Shown here in pieces: positions 38,373-52,319 of a stretch of DNA of 64,000 nucleotides. Source of the DNA: Camelus ferus (taxonomy: Eukaryota); NCBI RefSeq assembly GCF_009834535.1, contig NC_045697.1, positions 24,926,001 through 24,990,000 on the forward strand, in the 5' to 3' direction. Position numbers and translations under genes: made by a program. Under the pieces are notes generated by a model. The model worked only from the letters and a program-made list of their open reading frames with translations. It had not been told where the DNA came from and ran no database searches. The number at the start of each line of letters is the position of its first letter. Within the stretch, counting starts at the first letter, position 1.

Positions 38373-39233
38373 TCACAAAAATAGCTTATGATGGGGCTAA
38401 AACTGACGAGCACAGGACCAAGCAGTGGCATATGAACCCCTCTCTCCACCTCCCATAGGACCCATCCATTGGATCCCCAAGAGAACTTCTGACTGTGATG
38501 AAAACATTGTACCAGCAGAAGTCAAAGCCAAATGCCTGGATATGTGAATAAACTTATGTGATGTTTATAATGAATATAAAAGTCAAAGTTCCTTTCCAAG
38601 GCAATGTTAATGCCCAGTGAATTTATCTCCCTCTCGCTCTCTCTGTGATGTAAGATACGGGATGGAAGAGATGAGCCATGAGGTTCCTTCTGTGAGAGGG
38701 TTTTTGTGAAGTGTACCATATCATTGTTTAGGGAAATGCATAATGCCTTGTGGTGACAGGGCATGGGACAAGGCAGCATGAACAACAGGACCTGAGAATG
38801 GTCACAACTCTCAGTAGAGGGACAAGACACCATGCATAGAGAAGTCTTAACCTTCTCATCCATCAAAATGGCCAGAATTTATTAAAATGTTACAACAGTA
38901 AAAACATGTGAGTTCTATTTCATTGTGACTGTCAGAAATTATTCATAAGACACTTACGAACAAAGGAGACAGAATTACTTAAAATACCCAAGACCAGTTC
39001 CATAACCTAGGAAAATAAGAAGGTATAAAAAAGCACAATAAAAATCAAATATTTCCAGGGAAAAGGTATACTTAACAGATAGCCATAGCTCATAAAGTCT
39101 ATCTTTTGTACCCGTGCTTCACTTTAAAGCAATTAAAATTCCTACAAAACGTGGAGCTTTTCCCAGAGAACTAACTCCTTTGGTGTTAATGAGCATGATT
39201 TTGCCATTATTCTGCAGCCACAGTAGTTGATCA

Positions 39234-39691
39234 TGTAAGAACAGGGAAGTTCAGAAACTCTACAAAATTGAAAATAAAAAATTAATGCACTTAGCCATGA
39301 GGCCGAGGGTTTGGATCAGAGAGGTCTGGGGCAATAAAAAAAAGAAAGAAACAATAGTGAAGCCTTGGGGCAGAGTCCTGGGTCCTTCTCAAGGAACATA
39401 TACAACAATATATTTGAGTTGTTCTGCAGAAACCAAAGCCGCCATCCAGGTGGAGGATGGCAACTTCAGGCTGTGGGCAAAATTTCTGGAACACTGCCCT
39501 GCTGCCCTCACCCCAAAGTTTGCTTATACAAACTTTTCCCCCAAAACCATTGGGAAGTTAGGGTTTTTCAAGCATAAGCACCTCTCCTCCAGGCTTGGCC
39601 CTGCAATAAACCTTTCTCTGCTTTAAACTTCGAGGTTTCAGTTTGTATGGCCTCACTGTGTGCTGGGCACACAAACTTTTGTTCAGTAACA
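39234..39691 (+). mobile_element. ERV1-type solo LTR
   Basis: TGTAA...TAACA termini; CCTGCAATAAACCTTTCTCTGCT poly(A) region. Confidence 0.8.
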
Positions 39692-39940
39692 ACAGTGAAA
39701 GCCAAGTGGGCATCCACAGGTAAGAAAGAAGTTATCACTCAAAGAGGGGGTTCAGATGGCATTTTACAACCTCTGCATGACCTTGAGGGAGACAAGGTTT
39801 CTTGCTAGCTTTGCTTCTGATATGTCTATCCTCCCTCGTTCATTAAAGTCAGGGTTACTTTCTTATTCCTCAGTTCAAGCTGATTTTCACCCTTTTAGTA
39901 CTTACAAGTTTTATATCATCATCACAAATGAGTGATGCTC

Positions 39941-40306
39941 TGTCTTAGTCTGGGCTGCTATAACAAAAGGTACTATAAACTGAATGGTTTATAAACAACA
40001 GAAATTCACTCTTCATAGTTCTGGTGGCTGACAAGTCCAAGATTAAGGTGCGAGCAGATTGGGTGTCTGGTGAGAACCCACTTCTTACATGGTCATTTTT
40101 CCACTGAAACCTCATTGGGCAGAAGGGACAAAGGTGCTTCCTAAGGCCTCTTTTTTAAAGGTACTAATTCTATTCATGAGACCTAATTCAAGACCTAATC
40201 AATTCCCAAAGGCCTCAAGACCCCACCTTCTAAAACCATCACCTTGGGGTTAGGATTTCAACATTGAAATTTGGTGGGGAGGGACATATACATTCAGATA
40301 ATGGCA
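39941..40306 (-). mobile_element. Solo MaLR LTR (MLT1A0-like) with 5-bp TSD
   Basis: TGTCTTAGTC...GGCTGCTATAACAAAA...GGTTAGGATTTCAACA; TSD TGCTC (39936-39940) / TACTC (40307-40311). Confidence 0.9.
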
Positions 40307-40997
40307 TACTCCTATATACATTTCAGTAGTTTTAAGCCATAAACTATTTTTTATTTAAAGAAATTTTCCCCCCATACATGGATTTTTCCTTTACTTTTTT
40401 TTAATTGTTTTAATGGAGTTCTTCAGATAATTTAGCTACCAGGCTATCGGATATTATATATTTTGTGAGCTGCTTCTCCCACTCTTTAGCTTGCCTTTTC
40501 ACTTTCTTAATGTCATGGGAGGATGTCTTACTCTTAATATATTTCACTTTTAATTTTTTTTTCTTTTAAGCATTCGTGTCCTTTTACATTAAAACATGAA
40601 AGGATATAAAAGATTCTTCAGAAAGGTGGAAAGCAGAGAGGAGCTTTCTACATTGCAAAGGTAGAAATTCAAGAGAGAAAAACAAGCTAAATGTGATCAG
40701 TACTAAGTTTAAAGTATTTTACTATAAAAAAATTTTAAACTCAAATGGCATATTGGAAAATTTTCTTTCAATATATGTTAGACACAGAAAGCTAATCTAC
40801 AATATATAATTTTTTTTCAAAGTTAAATTATGGCATACTTTCTAATGTGAAAATATTAAAAAGTATTAACTCAATAAAGAAAAAATAACATATATTTCAA
40901 GAGAAATGTAAAATTATCAGTGAGTAAAAACAAAAATAAAACATAATTCAGTATCTGCATAATTTATGAAGTGTTTAGGAAAGTACATTATGAAGTA

Positions 40998-41207
40998 TAG
41001 TTTGACCCTTGAACAACACAGGCTTGACCTATGTGAGTCCACTTATATGCAAATTTTTTTCAATAAATAGTACTACCTTACAACATCATCCATGATTGGC
41101 AGGATCTGCAGATGCAGAACTGCAGATACTGAAGGCTGACTATAAACTGATGTGACTGTGTAGGGCTTGGTGCCCCCAACCCCTGCATTGCTTAAGGGTC
41201 ATTTGTA
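40998..41207. mobile_element. Tigger2a-like MITE within an old L1 fragment
   Basis: TIR-like ends AGTTTGACCCTTGAACAAC / TTGCTTAAGGGTCATTTG. Confidence 0.85.
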
Positions 41208-44200
41208 CTTGGGAGGGCACTGGGCAGTCTCATACACTGTTCTGGGAATTATGAATTGGTGCATAATTCTTAAGGGGAACTTGCTTATATGCATCAAGAT
41301 TTAAAAATGTGACATATTAGATTCAACACCTTCGTTTATAGAAATTGATCCTGAGGAACTAATTAAGGATATATGCAAACATTAGATGTGACTGTTTTTG
41401 TCAGTATTATTTAAAAGTAACAAAATAATTTAAGCACTTTTTCTATTTCTAAGAATAAGAGTTTTTTTGATAACATCTGTACACTATTAGAGCAATTTTA
41501 TTATAATCAATAATATCAGTTGTAATAATTGTTAACATTGTGTTTAAAATATATCCGAAAGAAAGACTCCCCACTCTCCTTGTCTGCTTATAGTACAACT
41601 TTGCCTTTGTTTTATTTTTATTTTCCACCTGTATTTTCACATTGCAAAATATAGAACTGATATATTGGGAACCTCAGTGGGATTCCTAACACTTTCTGGC
41701 TAAAGGAAATGTTTTCAGAACGCCTGCAAAGGATTCTTGGTCCTTAAATTCTCTAATTACTGACCAATCAAAACAGAAGATTATATATCCATTCCATTTG
41801 AAAGTTGCTTACAAATTGAATAAAACAACATCCTTGAATAAAACAGTATCACCCAAAATCCAAGAGACAAGCCCAGGACCTTACATACGCAGTCTTCTCA
41901 TCCAACCAACATTTTTTGACCTTTCACTCACTAAATTTTATAAGAACATCTTTTCTTGGTCCATACACACATCAATTTAAAGGCCACACTTTGAGAAAAG
42001 TCACTTGGAACAAGGTCCTGCAGGAATTACTTTATAGGATGGAGAGTGGGCAAAGTGGTTCCTTTGTGAAAAGGACAAAGCTCTCCATCCTTGTTTGCTA
42101 GTTTGAAAATCCTGTAGCCAATTTGGTTTGAATTCTCATTGTGATTTAGTTTTAGTGGGTCAAACTATATGAGCCAAATATTGATCTTGTCAGAAGGGGA
42201 AATTAACTGAATGACTGCGGATCTGAATCAGATTGCCTAATTGCCTGTTTTTTTCAGTCAGGAGGAAGAGATTTGGGAAATAATAGGATTCCCCCTAGAG
42301 GTAAAGAAGACAGCACAGAGATCATATTTTCTTGCTTTGGGTTTTCTCTGTGTTCTCTACGCTATGTTCAGTATCCCCATCTCCCATGCACACATATCAG
42401 TCAAGTCTCAACTTTAAATCCTGTTTATCAGAATAAATAAAATGAGGACAAAGCTATGTGAAACAGAAGCGTAGGTGAGAAAGTCCCACAAATTGAAAAC
42501 TGAGTAGAAACATGTATCTAGTTAAACAAGAGGAAAACAAATGTAATAGTAATAGAGCATGGTTTCTACAGACACACTCCAAATAAGGTTCCTGAGAGTA
42601 AAGCCAGTAGGATATTACACATAACATTTGTCATCTAATTCAAGTGTATTTAGAGAAACAGCTTAATCTTAGGTCCAAAGCTGTTAAATACAAATAAACA
42701 CTAAACTGGAAGCTAAGCATGTTTTTTCTGGACTAACAGGGTGTTAGGTATAAAATTGGAAAATTTATTTAACCTATTTTGTTTACAGACACCAAAATGA
42801 GAGAACAAGCCTCAATAATCTTTGAAGTTTTTCTTTTTTCCCCCCTACAGATTTAACATTCTAAACTGTCCCTCTTTATTTGATTTTTAGATTTGAAATC
42901 ATTTTTTCTGATCAACAGTATACTCCCTGGATTAAGGCAAACATGCATATTTGCATACTGAAATACTAGTGTCTATCAGTAAATGTATTTGTGAGAATAA
43001 AGCACATTCCTTGGGAAGTAAGTTACACTCTGCCATCACAGGTTTCCTGCTGTGGGATTCTTTCCTGGCTCCTCCAATCAGGGTACCTCTTAAAGAAATG
43101 GTTGTCTCTTTCATGTAAGTAGTTCAAAAAAAGGGGAAAGTAGAGCAGTTGCTCCCAGAGAAGAGGGCACTGCAGACATCATTCAAGTTGATGCTAATTC
43201 CCTTAGAGTGATCCATTGAAATGCTAATGACACAGGCTCATTGCCTCTGGCCTAAATGTTCTGAACTTTGCTTCCTCTCTCAGTACTGCACTACCTCTAC
43301 AGTGCAGAATGAAAGTTACAGCTGTGGACCTTCTGCTAAGCAGTAGGCATTTTTCACAAGACAAATTACCACAGGAAGTTACAGCAAAAGGGAAAAAGAA
43401 AAAAAAAAACTTTCTACAATGTGCAAGTGCTCCTTTTCTTATTTTAATAATGAAGATAAGTGATCACCTTCTAGGAAAGCCTCCCAGACAAACCGTATCT
43501 ATAATTTCTTGGGCATAATTATGTCCCAAGAACTAAAATTCCATAAACCTATCGCTGAACTTTTCGTTGTCCTCAAGGGTGGTTTTTGAATGTAGAAGTC
43601 TGTTCAGGGTTATAAGCAATTAGTATTCAATATATGAAAGGTGCTGCTTCAAAACTTAACCTCCATTTTAGGCTTTTAAATTCAGTTTGCAAATCTTACT
43701 AGACTATGTATGAAACTAGCACATTTTAACAAACTTTGAGTAATTTTGTTCTCATCTGCAAACTAAATTAAAAAATGTTTAAACAAAATTTATATATTCA
43801 ATATATTTGATTTATTCTTTAGAATTCAGTTTTCAGTTTTAGCCATCTTCTGGACACCTAAATAATTCTTATAAATATGTTAAATAAAATTTACAAATAC
43901 AGTCAACCTAACTTCTCTTCCATGCTGAGTCTCATGCATTCATTTAATACAATTTTAAGACACAGTATAATGTTAAGTCAATTACTCACTTCTATATATT
44001 AAATTTGAATTACAAGGCAATTACTCTAAAAGGCCAGGGTCTCTTAAATGTACAAAAGTATATAATTGCGCATTTGTTTTCTAGCTTTAGTTTCCAAATA
44101 TGCAGCTCACTATTATGCACATGTTGGCCCCTCTTTGCTTACCTCTATATTCATTAGTTTCTCTAAGATCATTTTGATCTTCTTAAAAAATTGCGTTCTT

Positions 44201-46089
44201 TTTCCTTGTTTGGTTTTTTAGTTTGTCATTACTTTTTCATAAATCATTTAAAGTGATATATTCTAAACTTCTTGTGTTACAGTAACAATATTTCAATTTA
44301 TTTTATTGTTATCTTCAGAATATTCATTCAACAAATACTTGCATAGTAGCTACCATGTGCAAATCATTGTTCAAAAACAATGGTGAATATGCAAAGTGAG
44401 GTGTCTATTGTCCTAGACTGGTTATAATTCTGATAAATTACTTGTACCTTGTATAGATGGGATGGAAAAATTGACTAAATCTAATAAAAGTTGGAACATT
44501 TCTTTGAATGTGATTTCTTAATTACAAATCTGGTTTAGGTATATCTATTGCCATTTCTATTTTATGAATATGAATATAAATATAAATATATGAGGGGTGG
44601 TTTCCCTTAAATTGTTTTGTTTTCACTCCTTCACTAAAAGAAATTCTCTTTGCTATATTTAAATTTGCATTTTGAGTTTCCACAGCACTTTTCTTGCCAG
44701 TAGCCATTTGAATCCAATACTAAGTTACAAATTTCTTCCTGAACTCATACGTATAAATTTCCTCTTCTTGAAAATGGGCTTGATGCAACTTACTTGACCT
44801 GGAATGATGGGCTTTTTTATGAGAAAATAATATTTGCTTTTGGTTTTTGTCACCTCTGATTTTTATTTGGTTCCTGATATATTAAAAAAAAAAAGACATT
44901 TTGTTTTTATTCACATATTTTAAATCTTTCTAGAATAACCAGATGAATTAAATATAACTAGATGAAATAAATACTGATTTTAAATGATCTTTTTTTTGTG
45001 TGTTATACTTTAAGAGTTCCACATTTAGTTTTATACACTAATGGTCATGGTTATAGATACTGAGAATTGCATAGAATTCTTTAGGTAGCAGAGTGGGGAG
45101 TCCACAGGTTACTTACTATGTATAATGGTTTTTGAAAGATATGACAAAGAAACATATATAAACCTGCTTCAAATAAGAATATTTACCTACCCTCCCCAAA
45201 AAGCATATGAGATCATTCATCCATACAACTAATAGGAAAATTTAATATTTGCAAAGAACAGAATTATTTTTATCTTTATTATTTAGTTACTTAACAGAAG
45301 TAGAATAAAATAATGTTATGTTTTAATATCTATAAGTGTAATTATTTACATTTTTGCCAAAGAAACAATTAACTTTTATTAACAAAAAAAATTTCTCTTT
45401 CCTCTAGAGAAACATCTAGTAAAATATATAAGCAAGTTGTAAATTTTGTCTTGATTTGATTTCATATTTCTGAATTCATATGTGGGTATTTTGTATAGCC
45501 AGAAGCAGAACTGGAAAAATTATATTTCAAGCTATTCGTTGCTTTTCAAACACTTATCAAAACTGTCTACAGAAAGTGTTTTCACACTTCTATAATAGTT
45601 TATCATTTTTATCTTAGAAATTTATTGCCAAAATGAAAGTTTGAGTAGTAGTGATTCCAAAAGCTATCAGCTAATTTGTTAGCATTTCAGAAAGGTGTCA
45701 ACAGTTTTTTGAAAAGGTTTTTTTTTCCCTGAATCATTTCCATTTTGTTGTTATTACTAATAGTATAAATATTACTTGTAGGCAAGTGTCCTTTAATAAG
45801 CTGAAACCAGTTGTGGGCACCATAGTATACAGAGCCTAAAATGGAGTTCAAATTCTGTTTAACTGTTAATATACTGCTCACAAATATTTATTTCTATGTA
45901 CTGATAAACAGATAATAAGTAAGAAGGGGGAGTCTCCAATAGTTTATAGGAAGAGCCAAGAGGATGGGCAGGGTATACTAGTATATATACATGTATATTT
46001 TAAAATCTTGGTTACCCCCCACATTTGCTGTTTCTTTCTCCCATTTAATTAATTTATGGGTTTGTTTGTTTTTTTTGGTAATATGAAAA

Positions 46090-47000
46090 AAATCTTTGGC
46101 AATTTTTTTTTATGTAAGCACTTAAAGCCATAAACTTCTAAGCACAGATTCATCATGCTCCCACAAATTTTGGCATGTTTTGCTTCATTTTCATTCAGTA
46201 CAAAATATTTAAAAATTCAACTTGTGATTTTCTTTTTCTTATGGATTTTATATTTTAAATTTTCAAATATTTGAATATTTGTATAATGTAATTCTGTGAT
46301 TAATGTCTAGTTAAATTTTACTGTGATCAGAGAATATGTTTTGTATAAATCCAATCTGTATATTTCTTAAAATTTATTTTACGGCTCAGGGCATGGTATT
46401 TCATAACGATTGTCACTGTGTACTTGAACAGAATGTATATTCTTCTGTTGTTGGGCAAAGTGTTTTACAAATGCAGATTTAACTCCATTGTTTGATGGTA
46501 TTATTGAAATGTTCTATAGTTTTCCTGATTTTTCGAAATCTACTTTTTTATCAATTACTGAGAAAGGGGTATTGAAATTTCCGACTGCATTTCAGTTTGG
46601 CTGATTTTTCATGTGTTTCCTCTTTTTTCTTTTCTTGTCTACTGAACGTTTACAAGAGTATACTTCCATTTCTCCCCTCATCTTTTGAGGTATATTGATA
46701 TATTTTACTAATGCATATATTTGAAATTTACAAAGTCTTGGTAATGTTTTGTTTGAAGCAATCAGTTATCTTTTAAAGACTTGTTCACATAAAAATTATT
46801 ATACCTACTAGCATACTCTACCTTCCCGTTCCATCATATCTCTCATTTCTGGGTTTGATTCTATCCAGAGATTTTTCTACTGGTTATGGTTCATATTGTC
46901 CTACTTCTTCATTTGTTGTTACAGTTTTTTGATACAGGACATAATAAATTTTCCATTGCTGAGTGATACATTTTATTGTTGTTTTTAAAGATTATTACAT
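46090..47000 (-). mobile_element. Degenerate old L1 fragments
   Basis: TCCCACAAATTTTGG, ACTGTGATCAGAGAATATG, TACTTGAACAGAATGTATATTCT, TATCAATTACTGAGAAAGGGGTATTGAAAT (reverse L1 ORF2 endonuclease region). Confidence 0.75.
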
Positions 47001-47359
47001 ATTTTTCCCAGGCATTCTGTAGTCTGAAATGAATCTGTCATATAAGCAAAATTTCTCTACTTTCTAAGGGAATTTTGCACAATTCCCAGCTCTTCTTGTG
47101 CTCAAAATTGTTTGTCTTTGGGAGCTTGAATTTTTTTCCTGTAAAATCTCGCCCAGTCTCATTGAAAGCACTCTTTGCCATTCTCTCTGTTGCCAACTTC
47201 CTTGAGCAGTACCTTGCAAATAGTCATCCAATTTCTTTTATTTAACTTTGTAAGTGTCCTCAGTCAGATAGTAGGAACATAAAAGAGAGGTCAATTCAAA
47301 TCTTAAGAACTGACAATTCTCAAAGTTGAAAATGATCAATCCTTGCAGGATGTAGGATT

Positions 47360-47835
47360 TCTCAGTTATTTATTCCATCAAAAACTACTAGACAACTTAG
47401 TGAATTAAACAGAAGCAATTTTATTATTTCTCATGATTCTGTGGGCTGCAGTCAACTAAAGGACTGACTTGTCTGAAACATCCAAAATAGGTTATTCACA
47501 CAATGTCCTTAGTACAATCAGCTGGAGTTCAGCTGAGGCTGTCAAAAGAAACACCTCTCGTCTTAAACCCTGTGGTTGCTGTAGGTGCCTGGACTTCTCG
47601 GAGAGTGCTGGCTCAGTTCTAAGAGGCAGGAGGTGAAAACTGGCAGTCCTTCTGGGTAAGGCCAGGTTTGAAAGTCTGTTAGCATGAATTGTGATGCATT
47701 TCATTGTCAAGGCTGGTCACAAGGCCTACCCAGATTCAGGGCAGAGGAAATAATGTCCATCTCTTGATGTGAGAAATGGTATGTATGCACACACACAGAA
47801 GGAATTGTTGAGGGTCACTGTTTGAGACTAATCCA
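47360..47835 (-). mobile_element. MaLR LTR (MLT1G/H-like)
   Basis: AACTTAGTGAATTAAACA...TATTATTTCTCATGATTCTGTGGG...GTCACAAGGCCTACCCAGATTCAGGG. Confidence 0.8.
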
Positions 47836-48859
47836 GGGAACTAGAAAAAATTATATTCTTGATGTCTTCTTGCTCCCTTCTTTCACTGTATTTTTCTTTT
47901 ATAGGTGAGGAGCAGGTATGGGGATGGAAGGCAGAAAGACCCAGGCCTGTGGATGTTGAAACTTTGCTTCGGCCTTATCCCTGTTAGTTGTGGCAGCCCC
48001 TGCATCACTTCTCATCTGTGTGAAACATTTGTATCTCTTTTCTGGGAACAAAATCTGGCTAAGCTTTATATTCTCAGATGTTATTTCAGATCTCTATCTG
48101 TGAAACAATTTTTTCCCCATTCATTCCTGTTAACCATTCTTCGCTCTAATCCTACAGTTTATTGAGTATTATTTTCCATTCTTTAACACAAAGCAGAACT
48201 TTACCAAAAGCTATTAAAATGGAACTAACAGTAAAATAAATAGAATTTCAAAGCATATTTGATATATTGTGGCAAAACTAGAAGCATCGTGATTTTTAAA
48301 TTTTGAGATTTTATACTTTCCAAGTCCTCAAGTAAACTATAATAGAAGAGTACTGTTCTTGTTTTGTTTCCAAAACCAGAACCAAATAAATTTGGAATAC
48401 TAAACAACTGTAAACATGTTCCACTCTAGTAATTGAAAAAAAGTGATAATATATTATAAAATAAATTACTTCTCACAACTATAAAAATAATAGATCTCAG
48501 ACATCTAATGATATTTGTCTTGGATACAGAATACTCTTTAAATATGTGGGGAAAAAATCAATTACTTCATCCATGATGTTAGTGACAATGCCAAAAGATA
48601 TGCTTTTAAGCATATGTGACACTATTTTTTTTTACTTTCTCAATATTCATCTATGTATGTGTAAAAATTTATGCCAGTTTATAATTTGGAATATGATCAT
48701 ACCATCAAAAAGAATTTTCATCAAGATAGTAGAGATTATTGTACTTCTTCAATTTAACCATTCTGTAACGAGAATTATTTTGCAGTTTGTGTCCTTAAAG
48801 TAGTGGTTCTATCTTGAATTCTGAGAAAATATGAAAATAAGGCTCTTTAGATACAGACA

Positions 48860-49375
48860 CAAATCTATATCAGGTAGAATGCTGTCTAGTCAGGTCTGAA
48901 AAAGTAATCTAAATGTGGCTTTAAAATTGTGTAAATTTATTTTATTTACCTTTATTTATTATTCACATTCAGAGATGTGCGTAAGGAAAGCTAGTAGGGC
49001 ATCTAATTCTGTGTCAATGGCTTCACTGAGTGCACAGGAGCTTTCCATTTTTCTGTTGTATAGTCCACAGCATGTTTGTTTTGCCCCTTAACTTAGCTCC
49101 CATCATAGGCACAATATGGCTATTGTAATTCCTGGCATTCCATCTAGAGGTGTAATATAATACAGGAAAATGGAGTATCTATCTTCTATGTGTTGCTTTT
49201 TAAGAGCGAAGACATTTTTCTCTATTGGCCTGTAGCAGACCTCTCCTCATTGGCCCAAACTGAATCAAATTATAATTCAAAACAACAATCACTATTAACA
49301 GAAATGACTGTCATTGGTTTAGCCTATTCAAATTTATCCCACTTCTGGAGCCAGTCACTGTTACGTAGTATGTAA
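48860..49375 (-). mobile_element. Old MaLR LTR (MLT1J-like)
   Basis: AATATGGCTATTGTAATTCCTGGCATTCCATCT...CTCATTGGCCCAAACTG. Confidence 0.6.
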
Positions 49376-49954
49376 ATTATATTGTTCTGTGTGCTAGGGT
49401 GTGTTTGTTTTTTTAAACTACATCCAGAGCTAGGGTGTATTTGTTTTTTCAATCTATACCAAGGGGTTTGCCATTTACTACAATCTGAAACCAGTGTTAA
49501 ATCTGAGGTCCATATTCCACAATTCAGCTATGTTTGTCATTGAGCAGTCCCAGAGATGTTGCTAATTAGTGAAATCAAAGTTTGAAATAGATTCTTATGG
49601 AAAAAACTGACAGCTTGTTAATTAGGAAAATCAATTTTATAAATTGAATTTAATTGGTTAAATTAGTGAACTGGTGAATGTGTATGGATCAGCTAAAATA
49701 TTGTAGAGACACTGGCTGCATTTGCATGAATGGGGTATAAGAATTTAGTAAGTCCTTCACTTTTTACTATTCAGAATGTTGTACAAGGCTTTTTTTTTTC
49801 TTTGGAAAGTTTTTTTTTTTTTTTTTTTTGTCCAGAAACAGAATATAGAAGACAATGGGTTTCTCATCTCTTCTATAAGACTGACTGATCTCAGCCTCTA
49901 GAATAGAGTCATGCTGTCTTCAGTAAAATCTTCCATGAAAAGTGAGTTTAAAGA

Positions 49955-50198
49955 CCGATGTGCTCTTGTCCATTTGTACCAGCCTGCAAGGGCCAATGGT
50001 TAGTATCTCTTCCCAGTGCTACATGTAGAGGCATAATATTGATTGCTTAAAACTGGCCAGGGTAAGAGTATTCACATCATGGAAATAGCAAATCCTAGAT
50101 ATCAATTTTTGTTTTAGTATGGATGATGTATGTTTGTATGTATGTATGTACATATACATTCCTATATTCGTTGAGCTGGCTTAATAGTACACCACTGA
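49955..50198. mobile_element. hAT MITE (MER63-like) with internal (TATG)n
   Basis: Similar to 34075-34280; ends GTACACCACTG. Confidence 0.6.
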
Positions 50199-50659
50199 TT
50201 TAAAGCAACAAATTCAAAGAGGTGGGACTGCATGAAGTTACACAAGAGATTAAATGATCAGTGTGCTTAGATGCCTCATTATTAATATATGATCTATGTA
50301 TAGAGCAAGAATTTGGTCTGAAACTTGACTTTCACACTTTCAAAGTTGTTAAAAAAAAAGAAAGAAATGTGGGCCTTAACATCCTCTAAATATTAATGGC
50401 ATCTTCTATGTGCAAAAACAAAGCAAAACAAACAAAACAAAAATAAAGCAAAAACTTTTAATTATAAACAACTAAACTGTCATGGAGGTTCAAAACTCAT
50501 CCTCCATGGGTGTGGATACCTGAATTAATTTGATTCCTGTTATTAAGAAGGAAGAACATAATTCATGTAGGCAATCAAAAGCTTCTTACAAAATTTCAAA
50601 TCTCGCTCAATCTCTCTCTCAATCTCCTCCCCCTAACCACCCCAGTATATATTCTTATC

Positions 50660-51055
50660 AGCCAGCTATTTCTGAACAATAAACATACCAATACTCATTT
50701 ACTCCTGCTAGGCAGGATGCAGGTTGCCTAGGGAGCTGGCTAACCTATGCTGGGTTTGGCTGAGCTGTTCTGCTTGAGCTGAAGCTCCATCTGGGCTTGG
50801 CTCCTGAACCTTGACTGGGCTTAGGTCTGCATCATGCGTATTCATTCTATGTTCCAGGCTGAAGCGGCGGCAGCTAACCCAGGGGTGTTATTTTTATGTG
50901 ATGACAGATTTGCAAGAGGCCAAACCTGAGCAGGTAAGCATGTGAAAATTAACCTCCCATTATTCAAAGTAAGTCATAGAGTCAAGTCCAGAGTTAAAGA
51001 GTGGAAGGTATACTCCCAACATGAAGTCAAAACATCATATAACTAAGGCCAATAC
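50660..51055 (-). mobile_element. Old MaLR LTR (MLT1K/I-like)
   Basis: TTGGCTGAGCTGTTCTGCT...CCAGGCTGAAGCGGCGGCAGCTA...AAGTAAGTCATAGAGTCAAGTCCA. Confidence 0.6.
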
Positions 51056-51269
51056 TGTTTAAAAAGTAAAACTGGCAACATTATCCCTAAACTTGCGCAG
51101 AAGTAAACCTGTAGAAAACTGGCATCTATCCTTAGGATTTGCAGCAAGAGAAATTTTACCTAAAGTAATAAATGACAATCTTATTGAACTAGAAGCTTCA
51201 GAGTCTAGGAGAATATTTCACAAATGTACTTAAAACACTAAAATTTAGCAAGAAACTTCAAACATATAT

Positions 51270-51720
51270 TAGGAAAATTCATAAGAGATAGATGGCTTTG
51301 CCTCAGTTTGAACGAACAGGATTCTGTCCTGAGCCAGAAACCAAGTATTTTATTTCTCGTGGCACAGCAGGCAGCATGAGCTTCATTTTCTCCTTTGTTC
51401 CTCCTGCCCCATGGAGGGAAGGGGAGACACAGAGCTACGCCCAGGCAGATGTGCACACAGCATGTCTGTGTTACATCTCAGAAATCTAAAGCTTAGAGAA
51501 CCCCTGAGCTTATAATGGGGCTGACAGCAAATATTCTCAACCTTTGCTCTAGAGGGAGACATTACCTTTATTTTCTTGGACAAGAAAGAAGTTGGCTCTC
51601 ATCTGGAGGGAGACACCGTACCTTCTTCAGATGTGTACTATAAAAACATCCATCTTTAAAATATTTTAAAATTATCTGAACACCTGATTTTCTTGGGAAG
51701 TGAAACAGAAGATTACTCTT
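51270..51720 (-). mobile_element. Old ERV LTR (MER89/MER90/MER110-type, uncertain)
   Basis: TTTATTTCTCGTGGCACAGCAGGCAGCATGAGC...CCTTTGCTCTAGAGGGAGACA. Confidence 0.55.
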
Positions 51721-51864
51721 TGGAAGATACATATTGTTAGTAAGCCTGCTTTACCCAAATTGTACAATCATAAATCATTTACTTGGAACTCATTAGAGTA
51801 ACTACAGAACATCAAAAGCATGTTAAGTAAAAAAGAAATTCTGTATTCTCAATAGAGAAAATAA

Positions 51865-52152
51865 TTAAAGTGGTTAATATTTAGTTTCATGCAATCATTA
51901 ATTAAAAGCACAAGGTTCAGAGCCAGACTTCGGATTTTAGATTGCCATTTACTGGCTGTGTGGGCAAAGCTGTAACACTTAACTTTTTTGGGTCTTTGTT
52001 TCTTCACTTGTAAAAATGTGAATCAATATCACCATTTTCTTCTTCATCATGATCGTCATCATCACCATAGCAACTGTCTTATAGTATGAACATTTAATAC
52101 AATGAAAGCACTTGGAAAAGAGTCTATTAGGTATCAAGCACTATACAATAAG
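51865..52152 (+). mobile_element. MIR SINE
   Basis: AGAGCCAGACTT...CCATTTACTGGCTGTGTGGGCAAAG...CTTCACTTGTAAAAATG. Confidence 0.7.
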
Positions 52153-52319
52153 AAAACAACTGTATCCCAGCTTTACACACTATTAACTTTTTATACATTC
52201 AGAAGGGCATTTTGAATTTTGTTTAGTTAAACTCTTGTTTTCATGATAATAAAGACAACAGACCAGTAAGCAACTTTTCAAAGTCACAGTTTCTTAGATG
52301 TGTGTGAGATCATGATTGA

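Noticed and set aside
39285..39626. 113-aa ORF
   Set aside because: Lies wholly within a solo LTR and shows no gag, pol or env similarity
43150..43310. CTCF site (AGAAGAGGGCAC) and hairpin CTGCACT-N8-AGTGCAG
   Set aside because: The CTCF match lacks the CC at the expected core positions; a 7-bp stem is expected by chance in 64 kb
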